The position numbers were made by a program, and so were the translations under genes. Below the pieces are notes generated by a model. It made no database searches and was not told the origin of the DNA. It worked only from the letters and a program-made list of their open reading frames with translations. DNA of 64,000 nt. Source: Macrostomum lignano (taxonomy: Eukaryota). Positions 38,184 through 52,200 of this stretch are shown here, in pieces. Positions within the stretch are counted from its first letter, which is position 1; each line of letters starts with the position of its first letter. The stretch spans positions 1-64,000 of the forward strand of contig NIVC01000507.1 of NCBI GenBank assembly GCA_002269645.1, in the 5' to 3' direction.

Positions 38184-39041
38184 CTAGCGATGCTCCACTG
38201 ACAAGTTCTGAAATTTGAAGCCGGAGCCAGCGCCAAACAGCTGCTCCGTATCCGCCCGGAACGGCGCCTCCACAACGACGCGACCGTCGCTGCGCAGCCG
38301 AGCCGTCATCCTGGCCAGGTCCAGGCCGGACGGCAGGTCGAATTCGTCGCGGAATTCCCGGAAAGAGGCCTTCCCGGCGCTGCGCGAATGACGCTGGCCG
38401 TGCACGACGAGGCGAGCGCCGCCGTCGACTGTAGAGATTCGAACGTCGGCTGGAGAGAACTCGCAGCCTAGATCTATAGTCAGCTGATAGACGTTCAACC
38501 TTTTGATTGTCGATAGCTGCTGTTGCTGCTGCTGATGCTGCTGCGGCTGCTGCTGTTGCTGCGGTTGAATTGTAAAACTGTTCACCGTCAGCATTGGCGA
38601 TGTTGACTTGGCCGAACCGCTGGAAGTCTGATGCTCTAGCCGATACCTTGGAGGAACAGCTGGAGCGCTGACCACGAGCTGATTATTGATCACTACGGAG
38701 CGCAGCTGACCAGCGTCAACGTTGTCCGGCAGGGTGAACTGTTCCTGGAATGACACGCAACCCTGCTGTCCACCGCCCTGGCCATCCAGACTGGTGCTTC
38801 CGGCAACCTGAACGCTACGATCTCCAATCAAACTGGTGCGCAGGTCTTCCGGTGTGTAACCCTGCACGTCGAAGATCACCTTGTAGAGCACGGAACCGTC
38901 CGCCTGACGCTCCCAGTGACCGCGAATGTGATCAGGTCCACCAAGACCGCGCAGAGCCGGTGAGGTGGGCGATGTCGCTGAATAAGAAGAGTATTGCTGC
39001 CTGCCCAACGCCTGATCCGGTCGGCGGAAGAAGTCAGCCAT
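38184..39041 (-). CDS. Small heat-shock protein with two alpha-crystallin domains (p40/Tsp36-type)
   Basis: ACD1 YKVIFDVQGYTPEDL...FQEQFTLPDNVD..QLRS...LVVSAP; ACD2 YQLTIDLG.EFSPADV...FREFRDEFDLPSGLD...RLRSDGRVVVEAP; polyQ linker. Acceptor ttttcag| at ~39066 implies an upstream exon, so the start may differ. Confidence 0.85.
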   Translation of the reverse strand: MADFFRRPDQALGRQQYSSYSATSPTSPALRGLGGPDHIRGHWERQADGSVLYKVIFDVQGYTPEDLRTSLIGDRSVQVAGSTSLDGQGGGQQGCVSFQEQFTLPDNVDAGQLRSVVINNQLVVSAPAVPPRYRLEHQTSSGSAKSTSPMLTVNSFTIQPQQQQQPQQHQQQQQQLSTIKRLNVYQLTIDLGCEFSPADVRISTVDGGARLVVHGQRHSRSAGKASFREFRDEFDLPSGLDLARMTARLRSDGRVVVEAPFRADTEQLFGAGSGFKFQNLSVEHR

Positions 39042-41128
39042 GATTTGTGTTCCAGTTTCCAGCAACTGAAAACGTTCGAAATGTTCATTAAAAACACAAA
39101 AATGCTACAAAAAGTGCAACTTAGAAGTGCTTCGACTTGCGGACGTTTACGCTAATAAAATGAATATTTTAAAGTAATAGCTGATTGAATTACCTGCTAT
39201 TAGTGTTAGGCGTGACGCTCTTGTACTACCAAATGAGATCGGCCGTCTTTGGATTCGAAGATCTCTCAGGCAGTTCGCGTTAATCCAACCGTTCCTCAGT
39301 CTTCTTCCCAGCCAAAATCCGAACTGATATTGCGAGGGGAAGTTTTTTTTCATAACTTCAGCCAAGGCTGTAGCGCACATCCACGAGGTACGACCAAGAG
39401 GTGCGTACACTGGCGAGCGCGTATGTGTGCATGTCCCCACCCGATATTCGCTTCTCCCTATGCTCCTCCATCTCCATCCCTGCCTGCCTTCCATATTCGG
39501 TTCCTTGAACATTCTGACGGACAAACTACAACCACCCCGCTGCACTGGACAGTAGTTAGTCAGCCCCTCTCGAAACAGCTTCGAATCCCGGACCAGACTT
39601 CCTTGCGCCGAAGACCAATTCACCCACCAGAATCTCCAATGGAAGCTAAAATTGCCTGCCCAAATCCTACTATATACTCGTATTGCGGCAAATACTAAGC
39701 GACGTGCGCGTATGGGGCTATCTCAGGCCGATGGACCACATCAAACTCGGATGCAGAAAAACTGTAGTATAAATTTTCACTATGCACATCGAACCACCTT
39801 AGTATCTACAGACTTCTTCTCGACAAATTTCAGCGAGTGAGCACATGCCATATATCTACATGTACGTGTAAACCAATGCTATCGTTAAGTGGTCCTTTAT
39901 CTCTTGATTGATAGTGAAAAAAGCAATGTAAAAATACCAATTAGCCGGCGACGGACACGTCGTTGCATATAGTGACGGACAAGGACTACTAAAGTTGCAA
40001 GTTAAAATAGAATTACACACACTTGAAGTCTTTGAATAACATCAAAGCCAAAGTATGGGGCGTCGACATAATAAGTTATTATAAAACGAGAGATACAACT
40101 TTATACCCTGTGCATAATAAAATCAAATAAGGAAAAACAAATAAAAAGTACAATGCTAATATGCGCTAATCTTCGGCTTTGCAAACAACGACGAAAATCT
40201 GCCTCCAATGAATTTTCCACGAAAGTTGAGTCTTGCGCCCTATATATATATATATGCAGTATGTTACTTTAGTCGTATGCACAGTTTTTTTATTTTCGTA
40301 TAGCCTATTCCAAGTGACTAGTCAAGCTTATGTTTAAAAAAGAAAATACAAACAGGACTACTTTCAGTAATGGTACATAGCAGCGACCATTAAACTACAT
40401 GTAGATTGTATATTTCATTGCGACCGATGAGATCAGTACGTATTTGAGACTAATAGAAAAAAATAAACCAATTCGTGGGACAACAGAAAAGAGTAGCATT
40501 GTGTTTGGAGTGAGAAAGTAGGTAAAATAAGTTGTTTAATAATTTACACGTGAAAAACACGATTTTCTTTTCAACAAATGACTGACCAGGACTGGGGTGA
40601 GCGTGGCAGTGCAAAGGACAACACAGTTCTCAAATTTATGGAAAAAAAGCATGGACAGCTTAAGAAAAATATTGCACTCGAATTTCTTATAAATAATCTG
40701 GAGGACGATAAGTTTTCGTATCGCTAATGCGTTGAGTATGCACTAAAGAAACAATATTTTTCCCGACTTAACTATCTATGGCTAAACTCCATTCAGGGCT
40801 ATGCGCTCTCTAGTAGAGCATACTAAGTGCACCGGCAATGCGAAAAAATATGCGTTCCTTACCGGCCTTGAGCACATTTCTAAGAGAATCGAATGCAATG
40901 TCCAACCTCAGCTGTCCATGGGAAAAATAACTTAAAGTCCTTGTTTTGCTTCAAAACGTATTAGCGAAGTTGGAATATTACAGTTTTTTATAGGAAAATT
41001 ACTCTCACATTAGAGTTCCATAACTGTAGCTTCACAAGTTTAAGTTTGATTTGGCTCTTGATTTATGCTAGATAGATTTGACGGTGAATTCTCTACTTTA
41101 TAGACACTTGTAGAATGCTTTAATTGAT

Positions 41129-41330
41129 TGGAGTTTTGCCATAGACTAAACTTTCAGTTGGAGTTTTGCCATAGACTAAACTTTCAGTTGGAGTTTTGCC
41201 ATAGACTAAACTTTCAGTTGGAGTTTTGCCATAGACTAAACTTTCAATTGAAGTTTTTCCTTAGACTAAACTTTCGATTGGAGTTTTGTCATAGACTAAA
41301 CTTTTAATTAGAGTTTCTCTGTAGACTAAT
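41129..41330. repeat. 30-bp minisatellite, ~6.5 copies
   Basis: Unit tggagttttgccatagactaaactttcagt, decaying rightwards. Confidence 0.9.
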
Positions 41331-41704
41331 TTCATTGTGCTAAAAAAGATCTTGAGCTTAACAAAAACAGAAAAAAATGTTTGCTAATGCTTTTTAGGCA
41401 GAATGCCTACCTTTAAAATTTTTTGTAATTTGAAAGTGTTGCCTCTGTACTGCCTGCATGTGATCCGGGTGGCAATAATAATTTTACTATAAAAATGATA
41501 AAAAATAGCTAGAATATAAATGTCAACTCAAAATAAAATACTATATTTAACAGCCTATAGTGAATCGACTGGTGTTAAATTAGACATGGACCACAAAAAA
41601 CTCATCGTATTAATACTTCTCTTGTTAGGCCATGCTTCCAGCTAATGAATGTAGCTGATTGTCAACTGATTATATCTGTATTGATATCTGGTCTTGTAAA
41701 CAGC

Positions 41705-42895
41705 TAGCGCCCCTGGTGCTAAAGTCCCTGGTAATAAAGCTCCTGGTGCTAAAGCCCCTGGTGCTAAAGCCCCTGGTGCTAAAGCCCCTGGTGTCAAAAC
41801 CCCTGCTGTTAAAGCCCCTGGTGTCAAAACCCCTGTTGTTAAAGCCCCTGGTGTCAAAACCCCTGTTGTTAAAGCCCCTTGTGTTAAAGCCCCTGGTGTT
41901 AAAGCCCCTGGTGTTAAAGCCCCTGGTGTTAAAGCCCCTGGTGTTAAAGCCCCTGGTGTTAAAGCCCCTGGTGCTAAAGCCCCTGGTGTTAAAGCCCCTG
42001 GTGTTAAAGCCCCTGGTGTTAAAGCCCCTGGTGTTAAAGCCCCTGGTGTTAAAGCCCCTGGTGTTAAAGCCCCTGGTGTTAAAGCCCCTGTTGTTAAAGC
42101 TCCTGGTGCTAAAGCCCCTGGTGTTAAAGCTCCTGGTGCTAAAGCCCCTGGTGCTAAAGCTCCTGGTGCTAAAGCCCCTGGTGCTAAAGCCCCTTGTGCT
42201 AAAGCCCCTGTGCTAAAGCCCCTGGTGCTAAAGCCCCTGGTGCTAAAGCCCCTGGTGCTAAAGCCCCTGGTGCTAAAGCCCTTGTGCTAAAGCCCCTGGT
42301 GCTAAAGCCCCTCATGCTAAAGCCCCTGGTGCTAAAGCCCCTGGTGCTAAAGCCCCTGGTGCTAAAGCCCCTGGTGTTAAAGCCCCTGTTGTTAAAGCTC
42401 CTGGTGCTAAAGCCCCTGGTGTTAAAGCCCCTGGTGTTAAAGCCCCTGGTGTTAAAACTCCTGGTGCTAAAGCTCCTGGTGCTAAAGCCCCTGGTGCTAA
42501 AGCTCCTGGTGCTAAAGCCCCTGGTGCTAAAGCTCCTGGTGCTAAAGCCCCTGGTGCTAAAGCACCTGGTGCTAAAGCCCCTGGTGCTAAAGCCCCTGGT
42601 GTTAAAGCCCCTGGTGCTTAAAGCCCCTGGTGTTAAAGCCCTGGTGTTAAAGCCCCTGTTGTTAAAGCCCTGGTGCTAAAGCCCCTGGTGTTAAAGCCCC
42701 TGGTGTTAAAGCCCCTGGTGTTAAAACTCCTGGTGCTAAAGCCCCTGGTGTTAAAGCCCCTGTTGTTAAAGCCCCTGGTGCTAAAGCCCCTGGTGCTAAA
42801 GCCCTTGGTGCTAAAGCCCCTGGTGCTAAAGCCCTTGGTGCTAAAGCCCCTGGTGCTAAAGCCCCTGGTGCTAAAGCCCCTGGTGCAGGCACCCT
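41705..42895. repeat. 15-bp minisatellite, ~79 copies
   Basis: Unit aaagcccctggtg(c/t)t; explains the LKPLV and PGALA ORFs. Confidence 0.97.
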
Positions 42896-43276
42896 TGGTA
42901 GGTTTAGACAACTATTAATATTGATTTTCTCTTACTGCTTTAGTTATTTGGGTACAAAACGATTGACACAAGATCCTGTAATTTTGCTAAAATGAAAAAC
43001 CGTGTACGAGACTTGTACACGTACTATGACAAAAAAGATTAGAATTTGAACAAAACAAACTGTAAATGACAAGGTATTTAAAATAATAATAATATCAAAT
43101 CTAACTAAAGTGCATGCAAAGATCAATGAGGCGAAAAAGATAATAGAAATTTAAAGTAAATATATTATTAAAAAGACAGCTGAAATAAACGCACTTAAAG
43201 AGCGGTCATCGATCTATTAAGTAGCTACATAACCATGAGAGAAACTCCAAGTATGCACTGTTGAATTAGTGCAATT

Positions 43277-46200
43277 TTACCCTTTGCGACTGATGAGGCA
43301 GTCCAGCTTCGTCTCCACCGCAGCCAGATGCCTTTCAAGGGCGTCAATCTTTGCTAGCACAGTTGACATTTGAGAACCCTGCCGCTGATGGTGCTGCTGA
43401 TGATGGTGTAGATGGTGCTGACTGTGCAGCTGCTGGCTAGACAGAGTCTTGTCCGTCAGCTCCTGGGCTGAGAACTCCAACAGGCCCAGTCCAGGCTGGC
43501 GGTGCTTCATCACGTAGTCCTCGTCCATTTCGTCGGCAAACAGAGTTGGCGAATCCGCCCTGGCCGCGTTGGTCGTCAACGCCGAGGCGGAGGCGGACTT
43601 GGCGCCGGTGGCGACGCTAGCAGCGATGGCGGCAGCTGCTCCGCTGGTCGCAGCAACCCCAGTTCGAGGCAGGATGCTCACTCGACGCTTCGGAGGCCCG
43701 GTTAGCTGAGCTGGAACTTTCGCTGTTGTTGTCGCATCCATTGGTGCTGACGGGTCGACTGGATCAGCTGATTTCTGACGCATCTCGGCGAGCGGACAGT
43801 CGGGCGTCAGCTCGCAGTCGCTGATCTCGCCTGAGATGGCCGGGATTTAATAATCAACTTTACTAGGCTTCAAAACTTGCACACAGCCAAGCACAACCAA
43901 TTTAATGAATAATGAGCATTCAAAAAACTGCTGTGACATTGTCAACTTTATAGAAATGAAGCCAGGTGCTCATTCTGCTGACCTCTAAGCATGCACACCT
44001 ACACAGGGTGTACAGCGGTCCTGACTTTCTAATCGTCTGGCATGTAAACACTCTGTGCCTTGCGGGTTGGCCCTCATGGGTGTCAATTTTTGTGCAGAAA
44101 ATGTTTGTAGGGCCAAGCACCAGTGGTCATGTGACGCGAGATGCAGACGCATTTTACTGTTGAGTTGCTCAACCCCTAGTGACAGTGAGACTTCCAGGAT
44201 GAAAACAACTCATTGCGACAAGCAACTCACCTGGCCCGGGAGGGTAATAAGCTTCGAAGTCTCTCAAATTGAACGTGACCTCCAGCTTGCGCAGGAAGCT
44301 CTCCCCAAACTCCGGATAGTTGTCCATCACGTCCAGCAGATCGTCGCGATGGATTTTGTGCAGATCGCAGTAAGTGAGAGCGCGCACGTTGCAGCGGGAT
44401 TTGCCTACAGCCTCACCGGCGTGAGGCGGCTCTCCGAATGCGTCCTCCTTGCCGAGTATGGCCAGCACGGTGTCGTCTAGTAGAATTTCGATGCTACCCC
44501 TGTAAAATGACCGGTTTATGACTGCGTGAAACTTTTGCGTGTGGGTTAAAGTGGGTTAAAGTTTTGAAAGCTTTAATGCGCAAAATTTAGAGTTTTTGTT
44601 CATGTTGCTTTATAGTTGTCTAGTAGTAGTTATAAATTGACAAGTAATAATTATAAATTGTCTAGTAGTAGCTGTTGATTGTCTAGTAGTAGCTTTTTAT
44701 TGTCTAGTAGTGGTCGGTAATTGTCTAGTAGTTGTTATTCATTGTCTAGTAATAGTTATAAATTGTTTTGTTGTAGTTATTAATTGTCTAGTAGTAGTTT
44801 TAAATTGTCTAGTAGTAGTTGTTAATTGTCTAGTAGTTGTTGTTGATTCTCTAGTAGTTGTTATTTATTGTCGAGTAGCTCGTATTAGTTATTAATTGTC
44901 TAGTTGTAGCTCTTAATCGAGAAGAAGTAGCAGCTAATTTGTCACCTACAAGGCTACTAATTATCTAACCATTTAAAATGATTGATCGCAACAATTCTCT
45001 CACCTAGCAATGAAGTACAGGGCGCTCAGCATGTCACCCCGATGGACCAGTATATCACCCGGAGGCACGTGAGTAGACTTAAACTTCATAGATAATGCTC
45101 GAAGACATCCCGGACTGGCGTCTTTGAAAGCTGGACAGCTGCGCAACAAGCTGCGATTGAGGTGCAAGCAAATGTCTGCCTGCAAGCACTCTGGGAAGCC
45201 TTTTAAGACGAGGTTCATATCGATTCCGTTAGTGTAGGACCAGGCGTGTTGGAAGTACTCCTCCAGGCGCTGGCGCAGTGGATTCGGGATCTGGTGGAAA
45301 CGGATAAACTCGCGCACCCGAAGCATCTGCGTGTGGTAACGCGCTGTGCCGCTGTACAGCCTCTGGATGATCGCCGACACGTTGCCAAAGATACTGGCGT
45401 ACATCAGGCTGCCAATGAGCATCACGCAGATGCTGAACGCTTTCTCCATATTGGTGTTTGGTGACACGTTGCCAAATCCAACGGATGTAAGGCTTGAGAA
45501 GGTGAAGTACAGCGCAGTGATGTACTTTGAGCGCAGGGTCGGACCGGATGTGCTGTTTCCCTTAATGTAGGGCTGGTTAGTCTGCAAAAGTGTTTGATTG
45601 TTCCAAGTGCCTTATTTAGGAAGGCTGGTGTTCGGTCACTGTTGCTCTTTTGCTGAAAACATTCCCCATACTGAAGCAACTTTGCCCAAGAATAAATAAC
45701 GGTCTTTAGCTACAGTAAATCCCATCTGTTGTCAGATGTCAAGCAGCTCATGTTTAAAAGAATGACTAGCAATATCAGCGCCCCCGTTGAGGAGCCAACA
45801 AAGATTGAATACAATTTTTTTAATAAACTATATGTAGCTTCTGACCTCAGCCTTGATATCTCAGCAATTCCACCAGTAAGCCTTGCATGACATCTCAGAA
45901 ATTCCCTTAGTAAGCCTTGACAACTCAGCAATTCCCCCAGTAAGCCTTGGCATCTCAGCAATTCCCCTAGTAAGACTTGACATCTCAGCAATTCCCCTAG
46001 TAAACCTTGACATCTCAGAAATTCTCCATAAGAGCCACATCATCATAGAAATTCCCTCCGAGCCTTGACATCGTAGACTTGCATTGGACGCGATATATAT
46101 TCATATAGACTCACCTGCAAAGCCAGACTATTGAGCCAACCAATTGACAGATTGTGCGGCCGTTCCAGGTTGCCAATGGCATACCAGATGCACGCGAGCC

Positions 46201-49200
46201 AATGAGCAATGAGCGCAAACGATGCCATGAGCAGGAGAAGGACGGCGGCACCGTACTCTGAGTAGCGGTCCAGCTTGCGTGCAACCCGAACAAGCCTCAG
46301 CAGGCGGGCAGTTTTGAACAAGCCAATTAATGTCGTTGTCTGAGAAGGAGTACGTCGCGAGTTTAAATACTTTTCTACGAGTACTGCCAATTCTGCCCAT
46401 TCCACTGACTCCTGAGCACAATGCATGTACTCGTAAAAGTGAGCGGATACTGTTCACAGGGCACGCACTCATACACACGCTCACACGATTCCCGATCCCA
46501 TCGGAACAATTCGTGTCCTTGAGCAAGACACTTAACTCTGCATTGCTTTAGTTCACCCAGCTGCAAAATGGGTGCCAGCATTAGCTGGGGTAATTGAGGG
46601 TGTGTTTGGCGACCCCCCAGTCCTTGGACTGAACAGCCGTACGCAGCCTTCAGATGCGCCGCGCAATAGCTGCGGCTGAGCTGTCGGTTGCACATCTGGC
46701 CCAATTGGGGCAGGTGTAATAAAAAATACAATTAAAAAGGCATCGAGGCTTGAATAAGTCTATAGAAAATTGAAGTTACCTCATCAGAGCTTGTGTCAGA
46801 TCCCCACAACAACAGGTCGAATGGTATGGCTGCCACCAGGTCAATGAGAAACCAGCCTTTGAAATAGTGCACCGCGATTCGGCCCGGATGCGACACGACT
46901 TCGTCATTTTTGTTAACATAGGTGGTTCGAAAGTTGATGAGAATGTCCACGATGAACATGATGTCCACGAGGATATCGATTATGTTCATGGGATCCTGGT
47001 AGTTGAGCGAGTGCTGCCGAGAAGCAGATAGAAGTTTGTATCGATTTGGAAATATTGTTTGCTTAATTTCAGAAACAATTATTCAACAATACCTTGGCTT
47101 TTCGACCTCGTTTTTCGTCGTTCAACAGAAAAGCAGCCACATATGGAGTGTAAATTGCAGTATATATTACTAATAGTAGTATCAGCCAGTCCCAAACCGC
47201 TTTGAACGGCGAATAATGCAGGATGGTTAGCTTGTGAATGCGAGGCGACTGCAGCTTGTACTCTGGTATTACGTCAGATCCAAGCGAGAGAACCTTGAGA
47301 TTGATTTAAAGAAGGTCAGAAAAAACTATTTATTTTATTGCACTTTTCCTTCACATCAATTAGCAATTAGCTCACCTGAGCGACCTTCTCGGACATGTTG
47401 TGCTTCAGAGCCGATATCTCGTTCGAAAAGATGATGGTCTCGGACGCTCTGGCATCGCTTCCGCTGACTGAGTCCCAGTCTGCCGCCCGAGACACCGACT
47501 TGCTGCGTCCCGTGTCTGGTAGCGAAAAAACAGACGTTTGAATTTTTTAAACTTTTTTTATACCAACTTTAGTGGACGTTAGAAAACGATAATGAGCTTT
47601 CAATAATCGTCCATGATAGCCAGCTCCAAAGCAGGTTGTGAGATCATTTCACCGAAAGCGTTGCGTTAGGGTGCCTGCAGCCCATACTACAATTTATGGT
47701 TGTTAACATCTTCCAAAAGACGTAAAAGTGGCTAATTATTTGCACGTTTAAAATCTTAATTTTTTAAGAGCCACTAAAATTACCTATGCAAACTTATTTT
47801 CAATTCACAACATGCAGGCAAAATTATGAATAAAACTGCCCTTATGGCTAATACCTTTAATTCGAAGCGAGTTCTGGACTTAAATTGTCAGGACTTTGAC
47901 CGCCCCTGCTGCTGACGCCCTCTCGATGGCGCCTTCCCATCCAAAGACGCGTCCCTCCCCAACCAAACATCCGGTTGCGCTTCTGACACTCTTCAGTAAA
48001 CGCTCTCTTGTACGACTAAATAAGCTGCAATTTCTGACACTTCTTCAGTAAACGCTCTCTTGTACGACTAAATAAGCTGCAATTTCTGACACTCTTCAGT
48101 AAACGCTCTCTTGTACGACTAAATAAGCTACAATTTCTGACACTCTTCAGTAAACGCTCTCTTGTACGACTAAATAAGCTACAATTTCTGACACTCTTCA
48201 GTAAACGCTCTCTTGTACGACTAAATAAGCTGCAATTTCTGACACTTCTTCAGTAAACGCTCTCTTGTACGACTAAATAAGCTGCAATTTCTGACACTCT
48301 TCAGTAAACGCTCTCTTGTACGACTAAATAAGCTACAATTTCTGACACTCTTCAGTAAACGCTCTCTTGTACGACTAAATAAGCTACAATTTCTGACACT
48401 CTTCAGTAAACGCTCTCTTGTACGACTAAATAAGCTGCAATTTCTGACACTTCTTCAGTAAACGCTCTCTTGTACGACTAAATAAGCTGCAATTTCTGAC
48501 ACTTCTTCAGTAAACGCTCTCTTGTACGACTAAATAAGCTACAATTTCTGACACTCTTCAGTAAACGCTCTCTTGTACGACTAAATAAGCTACAATTTCT
48601 GACACTTCAGTAAACGCTCTCTTGTACGACTAAATAAGCGCTCTCTTGTACGACTAAATAAGCTGCAATTTCTGACACTCTTCAGTAAACGCTCTCTTGT
48701 ACGACTAAATAAGCTACAATTTCTGACACTCTTCAGTAAACGCTCTCTTGTACGACTAAATAAGCTACAATTTCTGACACTCTTCAGTAAACGCTCTCTT
48801 GTACGACTAAATAAGCTGCAATCTTTACCTCTCTCATCCGTATATCGAAGCCTGTTAGCTGCAGTTGGCAGAGAGTTCAGCGACAAGCAGCTGTCATTCT
48901 CAAGCACAGGTCGTCGACCTCGCGGCGTCTCCCCGGTCGCCGCCACGACAGCCGATTCGTCAGCCTCGCCTGACGTGGTCGCCGATTTTAATCGTCTGGC
49001 AGCTTCGTTGGCGTCGTCGTCGTTTTCCGTGTCAAAGACCACGGGCAGTTGATGTTGCTGCTGTCGGCGATGCCCATGAAATCCACTGCCGATGCCGCCG
49101 CCGCCAGCGCCAGCGCCACTAACACCGCTACTGTTCCCATCGCTGTTGTCGCTGGCGCAGGCGCTCCGGCAGCCGCAGTCAGTTGGGAAAAATATTCGAC

Positions 49201-52200
49201 GAAGAATGCGCATCGTACGACTGTCGTCTGAAGCAGGACAAATGTCTTGTTCTTGTTACCCACTCACGCAGGGTCTACGGCAGCCCTGCCTTTGATATCG
49301 GCAGGTACTACTTCTGCTATGATATGGCTTCTTATCTTAAATTGTACTACAACAATCTGTAACAGCAATGACAATAGCTAAAATTAAAATCATTACTCCC
49401 TTACCCGGCAGGGCCTCCTTAACAACGCGTTGAGTTCTGCAATTGTCCTCATCGTGATGACTGTGAAAGGTGACAACGTAGAAGACCACGCTTCCGGCTT
49501 CGTTGCAGATTGGGGCCACCGTGCAGTCGCAGTTGAATCGACTGCCTGGAAAAGATTAGAGATGGAGACATTATGAAAATTCCAGCAAAATTTATCGAAG
49601 ACATGACAATTTTATCCATTAATTCTTGTGCTTCTTGTCTGAAAATGAAATTTCAATTAGTAGTAAGGATCTCTCGGTGAAAATCGATGTGAAAAAACGA
49701 TAGGTATGTATGACGTTCTCACTGTTGTCAATGAGCTACATAGTTTGAATAATGAGCGTTAGAATAATGAATGTTACTCGTAGAATTGATATTTGAAAAA
49801 AGTATTTATACTCATCGTATTGTTTCTATGTTTCCTAATTGCGTTATAACTTTTTTGTTTAGCAATTGACCCAGTGGGACTTTTCCATCCGCCCCGATGT
49901 CCGCCCGCGCCTCCGCTCTTTTTTGGGCGACGGCCGCCCCATGGAGCTACGTGACCTCCGCCCCGGCGTCCGGAGCCTCCATCACTAGGCCGAACCTTAT
50001 GGAAGAGCGTGCTCGGAAATGTGAAGTTCCTCTATCCTCTCTACCCTCCTCTATACCCTCTCTCCTCTCTACCCTCTCTCCTCTCTACCCTCTATCCTCT
50101 CTACCCTCTCCTCTCTACCCTCTCCTCTCTACCCTCTCTTCTCTACCCTCTCTCTTCTCTACCCTCTCTTCTCTCTACCCTCTCTCTTCTCTAGCCTCTC
50201 CTCTCTACCCTCTCTCCTCTCTCCCTACTTCTTTTTTCTCTTCCTTCTCTCCTCTCCTCTCTCTCTCCCTTCTCTCGTCTCTTCCCTCTTTTCTCCTCTT
50301 GTCTTCTTTCTTATCTCATCTCTCTCTGTCTCTCATGTTTCATGAGCTTGCGCTGGATTTTTCATCTGGCCCTTGAGGAAAAAAGTTTGCCAGCCCCTGG
50401 GTTAAAGATTTGAGTCAGCTTTGCTTCTCGCAGCGCAGCACAGCGAGCCAATAGGACGGATTCCCTGGCTCTTACTCCCCTGGCTAATTTAGACTGCCAT
50501 AACGTACTTTGCCCCAAATAATTATTTCAAACTTGAATCGATTGCGCCTTGATATGTTTTCTGTCTAAACATGGAGTCTCAGCTTCATAACTCAATCAGG
50601 ACAGGACAGAAACTATGAGCATGTGAAGTTTGCCTGATTTTTATCTTTTCTTTCGCTTGTGGAGTAGTAGAGCAGTTAGAGAAAACAGGGAAACATAGAA
50701 AGCTATAGAAAACAGGGAGAGAGGAGAGATGAAAAAGCAGTAGACAAGACGACAGATAGAGCAGCAGAGAGGACAGATGAAAGGGATGCAGGGCAGATGC
50801 AAGAGAGGGAGGATGAAAAAAGGGTACAGCGGAAGAGAAGACCGGGACAACAGAGTGAGAGTATAGACAGATCGAAGGGGGGGAGGGAGGACAGTGTGAA
50901 CAAAGGGAGAGAGGGAGAGTAGACAGATAGAATGGACTGTGAGGAATAGGGTGGAGAGAGGACAGATGGAGAGAAAAAGAGACAGTAGAATCCTGCTGAA
51001 ATAAACCGACGGAATCGAAATGGTAGACCTTGTTTGGTTTTTCCTAACTTCTATTGCACTAGCTATTTAAATATTTTTTGTTAGATTTTAAATCAAAGAA
51101 GCAAAAGAGATACAGGGTTCCAAATTCTGTGGGTTTAAATTCCAGCTGTTAAAACAGCGTGTTTTGACGAAAACAAAATATCTTAATAATCAATAGTTAG
51201 TTTTGCCTGCAGAGAAATATCCAAGCTGCGCAACGGCATCCAGGAGGCACTACTCAAAGCTGTAACAGCTGCTGCAGCATTTTTCAGATCATTGATCATG
51301 GATTTCTGGCTAACAGCATGAAGTCAAGCATTGCAGACACTGCTCGTAGTTTCACCCAGTGAGGAGCCCTTAATTCTACTTCTAAGGGGCATTTTAAGCC
51401 GGCATGTTCGATCAGCAGGTTTAGCAGCAATTTAAAATAGATGGCAAAGACAAGCCCGCTTTCTAAAAGCGCAAATATTTAATATTTATCGTCTATTTGA
51501 TGCCTTTAATCTTCTTTCGACTGCAAAAATTTGTTCTCGGGGGGGGGCTTCAGCTCTACGCTACTAAAAGTAGTCTGATGCGCATTTAAATTTTATGAAT
51601 CTCTACACATCTTTCCGGAAAAATAATTTCACAATGCTGGCACTAGGCAACAGCAAATATTGCCCTAACGTTTATTGTAAAGAGTAAGCACCTATTATTG
51701 TGAAAAAACGGTTCTCCCGCTAAGCTGAAAGGGCAGTGCTATTAAATAAAACTGCCTTGAACATGAAACACGCCAAACTTAGGTTGCCGCCTCATGGGCC
51801 GCCGGGCGATCACCGGGCGGCTTCGATTAGGATTTAAAAAATCGTACTTATTAAGGCAAAATAAAGTATTACGATTACAAAATCACAATTTCTCATTGAA
51901 AAATCAGATCATACTTAATTGTAAAGTGAAAATAAAAATAGCTCGTATTTACTGACTGCCCTCACAGGCGGTCGCGAGGGCGCACACCGCCCACTGTACG
52001 CCCCACTTAGTTGTCCCACTGGGGATAATGATAATAATAATAATAATTGACCAAACCTTCCCTAATGGGCAGATGCGCAACCGACAGCTCAGCCGCAGCT
52101 ATTGCGTTGTGCATCTGAAGGCTGCGTACGGCTGCTCACTGAAGAACTGGGTTGTCACCACACACACACACCCCTCAGGTACCCTAGCTAATGCTGGCAC

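Noticed and set aside
39147-39698. Overlapping 149-158 aa ORFs upstream of the sHSP
   Set aside because: No domain; more likely the sHSP 5' exon or promoter region (donor agcag|gtaatt near 39195 on minus).
41642-42918. Collagen- or elastin-like (PGALA/LKPLV) proteins
   Set aside because: 15-bp minisatellite with frameshifting indels and no flanking gene structure.
51795-51822. GC-rich hairpin as a Helitron 3' end
   Set aside because: No CTRR terminus just downstream and no matching 5' end.
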